Of a stretch of 62,293 nt of DNA, positions 12,011 through 22,774 are shown piece after piece. Position 1 is the stretch's first letter. The number at the start of each line of letters is the position of its first letter. The translations under genes were made by a program, and so were the position numbers. This stretch comes from Podarcis erhardii (lineage: Eukaryota). A model generated the notes under the pieces. The model was not told the DNA's origin. It saw only the letters and a program-made list of their open reading frames with translations, and searched no databases. The stretch is taken from NCBI GenBank assembly GCA_964252035.1, contig CAXUOO010000179.1, one strand, 5' to 3'.

Positions 12011-14532
12011 AGCTGCCAAATCAGTTGCAAAGAGGAAGCGAACTTCAGGTTTTTGAGCGCTCGTTTGAGCGCTGCTGCAGCTGTAAGAACTAACGGCGCC
12101 GTTTTTGCTTTCAATAGTAGTAGTGGTAGGAAACGGGCCTTCAAGACGACTACTGCTCGTACTACTACCGACACCACCAGAGAAAGCATCGCGCCCAAAA
12201 AAAACTCGAGAGATTGTGCTTTTCGTGCTCTCCTGCATGCAACTGTCTCTGCTGTTGTTGTCACCACTAGGGAGCGAGTGAATAATCTGCAAGCTGCTGT
12301 CTTTGTGGACTTGGATGTTTCTGCTAAGTGTGCCACTTCTTCCCTCACTGCTATAGTAAACGCTGCTAGTAGAACTTTCACAGTGAAGTCTTTCCTTCTC
12401 GCTGCGGCTAGTGCGAGTGCGAGTGCTGTTGTCTTTCTTGTGGGGGCAGAAACTGCGCAAATTCGAGTTCAAAACATTTCTGGATTTGTACGTTTCATCA
12501 GCAAAACCTTCTACGGCAGCTCGTCGCTTCTCCAAAGAAAGTCCATGATGCAACGCAAACAGGCGAATGCGCGTTTTGCCTGCTATTTCTGCAGCAGGTG
12601 GTACGAGGAGAGGAATAGTTCCGCCTTTTCTAGCAGCAGCTTCAGCAGACGAAGAATCAGCAGTGAGTGAAGCAGCAGTTTTTTGAGTGCTCCCACTCGA
12701 GGCAGTCGCAGGATCGTTAGGCAACAACGGAGCAGTTTCACTTGAAGAAAGAGAAGAAGGCGTTATTGCAGCGAGAGAGATATTACAGGAACTGTTTGAC
12801 GAGTGATTCGGATCCTTTTCAGCACCACCAGAGGAAAGGGGCAGTGTCTGTTTCTCAGCAGCGGGGGAGTGGAAGCTAGCAGCAGAAAAGGCTTTTTCTG
12901 ACATCAAGTCGACAGGAAAACTCCTCTTTCCCCCGCAACTGCTGCTGCTGCTGTGACTGTTGTTGCTATCCTCGTTTTCACTACTGCAGTTATTCAAACT
13001 CCCTGCAAGAACTGGCGCCTTCGTTGCTTTTGGGGTGTTTACGAGGTTTTCTGCTGCCTGCAAAAAAGCAGGCTGAAGCAGAAGGAGACGACGGAGCAAG
13101 GGCAACAGGAAGGACTTGAAGAACACGTAGTGAAATTGAAGGGTTTTTAAACACGAGAAGAAAAAAATGACTCGCCTAACTGGAGCGTGTGTTTCTTCAC
13201 TCGAACGAAAAGCGGCGTGTTGTGAGCTATTAGCTTTCTCCACCACCACCGTTTTCATCTTCTTCTGCACTTCTCTCGTTGATGCCCCCACCCCAAAGTT
13301 GAACTGCAAATCAGCTGCCCCTGCCTCGCTGTTGTTGTTGCTAGTGTTTTCACCGTCTCTTGCGAGTTTGCATGCTTCTTTCGTTGAAGTTTTCACGGGC
13401 ACAGCAGACGCTGCCGCTTCACGCAAAATCACGTTGAAAAGCACATGTGCATGCAATTCGGCTGGATACAAGACGTAGTTTTCGACGCTTCTTCTGCAGC
13501 AACTCTCACTAGGAGGCACGGCTGCTTCTTCTGCTTTTTTGTCAGCGGCAGCAGCAACAGTGTTTCGACCAGAAAAAGCGGAGCAACTCGAATCAGGCGT
13601 CAACACCTTTCCTTGAACACCTCTGGATTCAGACTCAGCAACAACCACAGTGGAGGAATCAGCAAGCACCCTGTTTTCTGGAGCACCTTGTACAGACTGG
13701 CGTTCTGTTTTTTTCGCTCCGTTCTTGAAGAGGGAAAACTCGCTTTGCAGACGCTCTTTCTCTGCGTTTTGAAGAACTGAACACACAGACGCAGCAGCGT
13801 CTTCGCTCTTTCCCCCTCCTGAAGCAGACGCCTGAGTGCAAGACACTGCACTCTCTTTTTTTGGTGAGAAAAAAGAAGGCGAACGATGGTTGCTTTTCGC
13901 CTGCGCACTCACGCGCGTCTTCTCCTCCGCTAGCAGTTGGACTTGCTTCTCGGTGAGTTTCTGCTGCGCAAACGGCTGCTCTTGCTGTGCTCGTTTTCCT
14001 TGTGCTGAAAAAGTCTCAAAAAAAGTCTCCTTTTGCTCGCGCTTTTCCCCTTGAAGAACAGCCTCCTGTGCTGCGGCCTCAAAACTCCCCTGTTTTCCAA
14101 GCCCTGAAAACTGCTGTTGTAACTGCACTTCATTCCGCTTCTTTCGTTGTGACTCTGTGGGCTCCTGTCTCTGCTGAGTTGCCTTGTAGTGTTGGTGCTC
14201 AAACTGCGAGAAATTGTCTGAAAATCGTGGGCAATAGAGTGGCTGCCGCCTTTGCTGTTGAAGTCGCTGCTGTTCAAGACGAAACTCGTGTCGCTTCTTG
14301 GCGAGAAATTCAGACGCTCGTTTGGGGCCCCAAAGAAGGCCCCGCTTGGGCGAAGAAGTTGAGTGGTTGTTGTTTGCAAAGGAAGACTGCTGTTGTTTTC
14401 CCAGTGTCTGCTCTTCTTCACTTTGCTTCGCTTCCAAAGCGTTGATTGTAAAAGCATGCGGACGCATCAGTCGAGTGATTAAGGCTCGTGCATCCACTGG
14501 CGCAAATGCAGACATCAAAATTGTCTGGTGAC
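12011..14532 (-). CDS. DEAD-box protein, exon 2: motifs III, IV, QxxR-like and V
   Basis: Acceptor aaaacag|GT CAC CAG joins exon 1 in phase to give LAP-G-HQTILMSAF (motif III). Then ENYVLYPAELHAHVLFNVI, RRVIFFFSCLKTLQFHY (IV), LFALHHGLSLEKRRAAVEGF and VRFLFATDLAA (V), followed by putative donor GTGACT. The 3' boundary is less certain than the 5' boundary. Confidence 0.8.
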
Positions 14533-16527
14533 CTGTTTTTTCATGTGTGTGCATGCAGAAAAACAAACACGTACGCTCTTTGTATGAACATCTGCGACTG
14601 CTGACTCAGTGGGTTGGATATCGGCAGTGGTTTTGGAACGGAAATCACACCTATGGAAAAAATTATCTCTCTCTCTCTCTGTGTGCAGAGGTTTTTACAC
14701 ATGTACACGGTTCTCCACTACGCCTACTACAAAGCCATTTTTTCGCCGTTTTTCAAACATATATATGCGCCTGTGTACACACATGTATGCAGACGTGGTT
14801 CACAGTTTATGCACAAACAAAAGGCTGTGTTGAAACGGACGTGATGAGCATTTTCATACGCATATACATTTGCATGCAGAAAGTTCTTACTTTACACACA
14901 CACGAACGAATCGGAACTCGTACAGCGAGCACATACACGATCCAGAGCCTCCCACGTTCACATAGACATGCAGAGAAATCAAATATATACGTATGTATAT
15001 CTACATTTGTAAACATACACGTACATGTATATGTTCATCTTCACTTCTTTCATGTGTGCACATTACGTCTGAGCTCTCCCCCATCTCTCTATGACTAAAA
15101 ACACTGTATATTTCGGAGGCTATATCATACATATATACTATATATACATATATATTAGTATAACATGTGCGAGTGCAGATACACGGTCAGAATGTGCTCG
15201 TGTACAACTGTGGAAGATCTTCTTATCATATACATATGTATATGTATACACTATATATATATATATGCGTATGTACAAACTCAAGTGAGTTTGAATAAAA
15301 TAGGCGTTTGTCCGTATTTACACACCGTAAAGGTGCATAGAAAAATATCTCAACTTCGTAGAAACATCAACTTTTGACGTAATAACCGTAGACTTATGGA
15401 TGTACACTTATTTATATACATGTCTGTAATTGCACTGTACAGATTTTGAAATATCAGTGTCGTAGCTGGCGTTGCCCGTTCGTATGCCTGAACCCAGCGC
15501 TGCACATCTTACAAACTTATAAAATTAACGCAGGTGGCGCTTTCAGTAGGAGATCTCCCAAATCGCGACATAGACTACACAATTACTTACATATATACAA
15601 TTCAACAGATTTTGACGTTATAGCTGTTAAATCACTTCACCCTCGTTCTCCATGTACTTCCACATTTCACATATATATATATATATACATCTTGTAGCAT
15701 TTCAGGCATAATTGTGTATTTTTTTATGTGAAGCAACACTTGAGAGTGCTTGTCAGTTGCATTCTGTCACTTTAATGTCACTTTTCACCCAGTATGAGTG
15801 ATCCTAAAATTACTACCAAATACGCATAATTGTAGATACATATGTAGTATACATGTGTATTTGCGCTAAATTACAGTCGCGCCTCGCGAGTGGAATCATG
15901 TACAAGTTGTGAAAAACACTCTTCTTCTTCTATTGGGAGAAAATTTACGAAAAATACATGTGAATATATATATATATATATATATATAGATAGAGAGAGA
16001 GAGAGAGAGACAGTGAGAGCGAGACACATATACAAATTTTTTAAAAAAGTGATACATAAATAGGCAAATTGATGCAGACTTCCATAAGAGCATTTATGAC
16101 GCACAATGATACGTGCACATGATAGGCATATACGTTACAATATTTTTGATATTTACACATATAGTCGCGTATATGTCTGTCACGTATAACCTGATGCGTA
16201 ATGAACATGCTCGAAAGCACAGTCTATAAAAGATTGACTTTTTTGCTCATGTAATATGCAGCTGTTGTACCCTTTTCGCATATTGAAATTTTTTTTGTAC
16301 ATCCTACAAATCTCTGTTCCTAAATTATATACACGTATAACTAGATATAATCTATATGTCTAAGAATATGTATGGCCGTAGATTGGTGTGACTAGCGCCT
16401 AGGCTGTTTTTCTCTCGCGCTATCATTGAGCGTATAGATAGATACACACGATGGCGCGAAACACATGTATAGGGAGTCTCCATGTGGAAGAAAGAGAGCT
16501 AGAACAGGTTGTGTGAAAAATAAGGAC

Positions 16528-19426
16528 CTGGAGCTAGCTGTTCTTTCAAGCGTAGTACACAGCGCATGTGTTGTTCGCCTTCTCTGAGCAAAACAGCTGC
16601 CTCGTCAAGCACCAGCAATTTACATCCTTTCAAACACTCAGCACCCCTCAAAGAGCTGTCACCACTGTTTGTGCTGTGAATCCCCAAACAACTGCCGTCA
16701 TTGCTACTTCCCCCCCTACTGCCACTGCCAGTGCTGCTTCTGCTGCTCTGTTCGCAGCTGCCCCTGTAGCTCTTGCTTCTGTGAAAATGACTGCATGCAG
16801 CACGCCACTCAGTGAAAGCGAGATATTCCTCCAATTTGCCTGGTGTGCAAATCCAGGCAATTGCTTTTTGCTGCTCCAGCCGCTCAAAGGCCCTTCGACT
16901 GCGCTCAGCCGCCCCTCCCTCAGCAGTGCCCACTAGATTTCTCCACTTCCACTTGCTGTTGCTGTTGAGGGCATGCCGCAAACTTGCAGACTGAAGCAAG
17001 GAATGAGTGAGACTTTTCTTTGCTTCTTTCGAAAAACCCAGCAGCAGTGCTTCTTCTCGCTCTGCTGCATCTGCGTCTGCGTCTGCTGCAACTGCTGCGA
17101 CTTGCTCTAACTCGTAGTTGGCTGCATCGAGGAAAGAGCGGCCTCCTACTAGCAAAGCTGTGCGAAATGGAGAATAAAGAAGCAGTTTCTGCAGTTGCTG
17201 GTGTGTCTGCAAAGCCAAGTCTCGAGTTGGAAGCAGAAACACACACAGCGGAAAAACCGACTCAGAGATTCCCGAAACGTCCGTTTCTAACGGCGCCTCC
17301 CTTCTTCGGGTTCCTCCCCTTTCATCAGCTGCTGTTCCTGCTGCTTCTCCTGCTTCTCCTGCTTCTCCTGCTTCTACTGCTTCTACTGCTTCTCCTGCTT
17401 CTCCTGCTTCTACTGCTTCTACTGCTTCTACTGCTTCTACTGCTTCTACTGCTTCTCCTGCTTTTGCTCTAGTTTCTTTTGCTTCTTTGCGCGTGGCCCT
17501 CGTTGTTTTTTCTGCTTTTCTTCTTTGATCATTAGTGACGACTTTTGTTGCTTTAGCGTCAACCCCATCGTGAAGGACACCAACCACTGTGGTTGCTGCT
17601 GAAACTGCTTTTGCGTCAGTCAAAAAAGAAGTGGAGACTAGTTTTTCATTTTCCGCTGCTTCTGTTGCTGCAGCAGCAGTAGAAAGCACAGAAGAAGCAG
17701 CGGCTTCACAGTGAAACACACGAGCAGCAGCATCATCATCGTTTTTATCATTAGTATCCGTGGCCTCGCTGCTCCCAACAGCAACTGCTTCAGCAGTCAG
17801 CAGTTGTTGGCGCCTGAGACTCTCAACTGGCTGCTGTTTTTCTCCAAGAAAAAAGTCTCTCGTCTGCTTCTGCGTCTGCTGCTGAAAGCTCTGCTTGAAC
17901 TGCTGTTCCTTCACCGACAGAAACAGCGCTTTTCGTGTTTTTTCTTCGCCCTCCGCGAGTAGGAAAGATTGTCGCTCTTCTTCAAACTGCTGCATCTGAC
18001 CCTCCTCCTGGTGGTGGTTGTGGTTTGGAGGGGGCTTTTCTTTGAACGTTTGCGCGTTCGTGTTTCGCTTCTTCTGCTGCAGTTCGTCCATCAGAGTCTG
18101 TTTTTGTCGTAATTGTTTGTGATTCTTTGTCGTTGTGGCGGGGCACTGCGACTCCGACTCGTGAGTAGTGAAACACTGCTGAAGACCTTGTTTGAGTGGT
18201 GGAGGCTGGGGCTTGCCTAGTAGTAGTAGAAGTAGTGCCTGATTAGACTTCTGTTTTGGGTGCTGAAGGTGGGGCTGTGGGTGGGGGTCTGGCTGTTTCG
18301 CGTGTTCAGCGTAGAGACGCAAAGCAAAGGCAAGCTGCACAGCCAGGGACTTGCCTGCATGCACGCGAGCAACAAGGAAGAAGTCGTGTGAAGGAGAAAG
18401 CAGCAGAGGCAGCAGCAGCTGCTGCAGTGGAGTCAAGCTTTCCACTGCAGCGACTTTGCGCAGAGCCAGCAGCAGTTCCGCTGGCAGCGTCGGACTTTCT
18501 CTCCAACACGCTCCAGCAGCGTCAACAGCAGCAGCTCTTTTGGCGGAAAGTCCGCACTGCTGCTGCTGTTTTTGCTGCTGCTCCTTCTTCTCTGCTACGA
18601 GCTCAGACCAGTCACCCCTGCTGAGTCGTTTATTCGGTTCTTTTTTCTGATGAAGAAACTTTCGTTGTGGTGGTGGTGGTGGTTGTGGTGGAGGTTGTTG
18701 CTCATGCTCACTAGTGAAGACGCGTTGGCGCGGTTTAGTGGGGGAAAAAGGCAATTCGCTCGTCTGCTGCTGCGCTTGAGCAACTCGCGATTCGTGGGGT
18801 TCTCGGTGTTGATCAGGAAAGAAAAGAAGTTGCTCTTGCTGCTGCTGCAGCAGTGTATTGAGAGACAGCGCAGGTGGAAGGCCTCGAAAACAAAGCTCAA
18901 ATGCACTGCCTCCCCACAAACGCAGCAGTGGGGGTTGCGTTGCAGCAGCTGCAGCGAAGGACTGCGACAGCAACAGCAGCCAGGCAGTGGCTTGTGGAGG
19001 CAACGCTTGCAGCAGACTCTGCTGCAGCAGTGGATATCGAAAAAAAGCCAATATCCTCTTCTGCTGCTCTTCCTGAGCTTGCCACCACCAACCACTAGCT
19101 GCAGCTTGTGCCAGCATCTTATTCGTCACAGACACTGAGACACACTCTCTCCGCCTAGCAGCGCTTTCTGCTAGAGACAAAGGCCTCTTTTCAGCAGCGG
19201 AAATCGCTGCTTGTGTGCTCTCACCAGCAACTGCTTGTGCTGCTCGAGCAGCAACAAACATACACGGCAACTCAAGATTGGCAGCAGACAAACGTGAGTC
19301 AAGGTTTGTAGCGGCAGCAGCAGCAGTTGCTGCTGCAGACGCGCTCGTCAGTCGAGGTGTACCACATGCTTGCAACGAATTCGCTGCTGCAGTGCCCGCT
19401 CGCGAAAACGCTTGCTTTATACGCAT
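16528..19426 (-). CDS. DEAD-box (Mss116-like) protein, exon 1: N-terminus and RecA domain 1 (Q, I, Ia, GG, Ib, II)
   Basis: ATG at 19426, ORF open for 2.9 kb. Motifs in order: Q-like LRKVAAVESLTPLQQLLLPLL; I DFFLVARVHAGKS; Ia FLLPTRDLA; LLVGG; Ib ICTPGKL; II KLLVLDEAA. Donor CCA G|GTCCTT at 16528/16527, phase 1. Confidence 0.85.
17342..17463 (-). repeat. Coding 9-nt repeat encoding (AGE/AVE)n
   Basis: ctgcttctc/ctgcttcta units on the + strand, inside helicase exon 1. Confidence 0.9.
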
Positions 19427-20287
19427 TGCAGAGTGGTTTTAAAGCGCAAGCCCTTTTTCGTACATTTCTGATGCTGTTATTCTTGCATCAGTTGCTTTCT
19501 CGTATACATGATACTTTTTTCTGTGGGGATGAACACAGTTATTGGATGCAGCAAATTGCAAGTGCTTCTGCCGCGTTTATACAAATCCCCATGAAATTTC
19601 GGGCCTGCCAGTTGTGCGGCACACTGTTTGAGACGTGTGTGCTGCACCGCTGTAAAAAATTTCTCGTTATCTCCGCTTTATGAAGCAGTTCTCACAATAT
19701 AAAAAGGCAGCTACCCGTTTTCAGGACATCTATTGCCTCTGCGACTGGTTCAAACGCCGTTACCATCGGAATAAATTAGCAGAAGGAACGAAGAAGCAGC
19801 CAGTTTTATCACTGTCAAACCGCTTAGAGTGGTGTTTCTCTACCTACTGGTTTAGCAGTCTTCAATCCAGGATGAGCATTGAAAACAACAGCGGAAGCAC
19901 AATTTAGCTGAGAGTGAGCAATCTATCGACCCCAAAAGCAGCTGCTACAGCTGCAACAGAGTTTCTTTCAGCTGGTGATAACGCCAGGAAGCACAGTTCT
20001 TAGGTTCAAAAATACCGTTTCAGGCCGAGATTCAAATTATATATATATATATATTATAAATAGGAAATAAAAATATATTGGTAAATTGCTTATAAAAAAT
20101 TATATTAGCCTCGAATCAACAACTTCCATCTCATTCCTGCTGCAGAGTATCGCTCAGCCGCAGCAGCACCACCAGCCTTAAATGCAATCAAGACGCTGAG
20201 TGCCCTTTGTAAAGTAATCAGTACCTTATATATCCCCTCATCCCCTATCCTCTCTACCTTTCCTGCTCCCTTCCTTTTATACACGCA

Positions 20288-20332
<45 letters not shown>

Positions 20333-20382
20333 CTTCCTCTGTGCCTGTTGTTGACAGGATTGAGAGCACGCAAGTATGTCAC

Positions 20383-20813
20383 CGTAATAGACTGTGCAGC
20401 CGCCGCAAATAGTTTCGATTGAACCACACTGTAGCAGTGGCATCACATTGTGTGTACTTGATAACTAAATACATTGATAAATGTAACGCGATTTCCTTTA
20501 CTCGTTTGAACCGAAGTACAACAGAGCATCCTGATCGTAGAGGACACCTCTTTGCTACACTCCCTGCATTGACTGCTGACATCATTTGCTGCTTTTACTA
20601 CTGATTCGAGTAACCTTGCTGCTTTCGCTGCTTCAACTGCTGCTGCTGTGGTGAATGCTTTCGGATTTTCCCGATAATAGCATAACTGCTGTTGAAGTTT
20701 CTAATATTGCTGCCCTTGCAAAACCTCTGCTGAATGGAGTCGAGAAACATCTCGGGTGCTGACAACTTCTTAGTCTGAGATTCACTAGCATGTCTGTGTG
20801 TCGTATGGAGCAA
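20383..20813 (-). pseudogene. Candidate fossil exon with two adjacent stops in a Gln run
   Basis: ORFs 20598..20813 and 20379..20585 share one frame, separated only by CAG TAG TAA AAG CAG CAA. The segment ends at CG|GTGACA, the same donor hexamer used at KBP 30293. Confidence 0.4.
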
Positions 20814-21385
20814 GAATCGAGTAAGTAAAACTTATGCTGGAGAAAATAAAGCGTTCTTCGCTGCTCAGAATGCCCATTTTCGTACCTGTTGTCCGCTGCA
20901 CAGTAGACTATGGCTTTGAGACATGGCAGATGAGACAGAAAATTGAAATATATATACAAATTTGTACGTACACTTACGTAGATACCTAGATAGATTCATA
21001 GACGTTTACAACAGCATATATATGTAGAAATCATATAGATGTATATATATATCCTTGTTCTGCTTGCCAAACGCTTCCCGAGTATCTGTTGGCTTATGTA
21101 GAGGTAATGTTGCTAATGCACAAGAGGTGTTCAGGCATATAGCTGCTGACTAGGGATAATACTCAATACCTCTTTCCTCATTACGGTCATATTGTAGAGG
21201 CGAGCTTCAGATAGGTAATTCGCAATCGTTGTGAGGTAATATTTGACCAGGCTTCTGGAGAACATGAATAGCTTGAAAGAAAGCATAAGCATCGCTGTTA
21301 AAGCGCATTGCTTTACCAGACAGCATAACAGCTAAAATTTAGCAGGCATCTCAGCTGCTAAACGTCTACTGACGTCATCCTTTAC

Positions 21386-21689
21386 GGAGCCATTGTACTA
21401 GCTGCTCTCTCAAACATTCCCCGTTTCTTCACTGTTTTGCAGTGAATCGCTTGGCTGTTGAAGTCTCGTAAAGACCCTCGCCGCTGTTACGGCCGCTGCT
21501 TGATAAACGTTTTTCCGCTGCTGCATGTACGGAGATGCCTACTTGCTTCTGCATCTTCTTCTACTGCCCCTGCTGCCGCTGCTGTCGCTAATATTGCTGC
21601 ATCTTCCGACGTTTATCTTACCGATGGGCGTGCCCGTGAATTTTATGATTTTGCTCGTCATACTGATGCTCACTTGAGGTAAACCGAAG
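21386..21689 (-). pseudogene. Candidate fossil exon flanked by splice signals
   Basis: Long poly-T tract plus cag| acceptor and C|GTAAAG donor. 101 codons with 4 stops (TAA, TAG, TAG, TGA), mostly in Q/R-rich context. Stop density alone is close to random expectation. Confidence 0.3.
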
Positions 21690-21902
21690 CTGAAAAAAAG
21701 AGAAAAAAAAAAAAAAATTTAGAAATTATTCAGTTCTACAGCTATATACATTCCTTGAAAGCATGCGCGGTGCACACCGTTGCACAACCTGCAGTTCGCA
21801 TTAAAACAACAGAAAACCAGATCTATGGCAACGCAAAAAACCTGTTAATTCTAATAGAATGGGCTTTTGAAAGAGACAAACTACTCATTCGGTGTGCATG
21901 TG

Positions 21903-21910
21903 TGCATGCA
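21903..21910. promoter_or_regulatory. TGCATGCA palindrome in the spacer between the two genes (ApiAP2-type motif)
   Basis: Exact octamer. Other copies at 14550, 14871, 35213, 37124, 42644 and 56622 lie in introns or coding-like sequence, so function at any one site is unsupported. Confidence 0.2.
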
Positions 21911-22739
21911 TTTCCCATGGCTATGCACATTCCATGTCGTCTTTCGCTCTCACATGCAAACAATGTAATCGCGCAATAACGCGGCTACCCGAGCTGGTGT
22001 AAACTCTACGTTGCAACTTATTCTAAGCTAGGAAAAAAACCTACGCTAAAATTTTCAGATTCTCTTGGTTTTCATAACAGCACTTAGAAAAGCGTGTTGC
22101 TCTCTGAAAAAAACCCATTTCGGCTGTAATCTAAAATCTAAGTATACAACCTCCCCATTTGCAGAAATATTACAGAGGCTATGAGCTCGAAGGCAGCAGC
22201 GGCAGCAGCGGTTGTGAAGCAGTACAGAAGCAGCTGTCAGATGAAGCTCTCGAAAAAGTAGTAGTAGCAAATAACGCCTTCGCTGCAGCTGAAATAGTTT
22301 AATCGAAGCTGTCGCTACAGAAGTGGTTTTTGCAACACAGACGGAAGAACTCGATGCACGAAAGGCTTCTATGACGTATAATTGTGAATTCAGTAGAGTA
22401 TTGCATCCAGAGAGTACCACTGGTGACTTTGCTCAGAGCTGAGCTAAGACACTCATTCCAATTTGCAGATTAAACGCTTTCGTCAGCTGTTTTCGACAGC
22501 TCGCTGTAATTCTTTTGGATAAATTACTCGCGCAGCTGTGAGAAGGCTACGTTTATTGGTGCATGTTCTGCAATGGGCGATTTGCGAATGTGTTGCGGCT
22601 ACTGCAGCCGCAGCTACACAGGAATACTATGTGCTCTCGCCCTCTGCAATCCCGGAATTTGCTAAATTCAGTATACCTGTTTGGCGCTTTCAATTTGGAA
22701 TCTACCCAACAGCTTTTGTGTAAAGATGTGTGTGATATA

Positions 22740-22774
<35 letters not shown>

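Noticed and set aside
20383-21689. Genetic-code reassignment (TAA/TAG = Gln)
   Set aside because: Thousands of codons of Gln-rich authentic exons contain no in-frame TAA or TAG.
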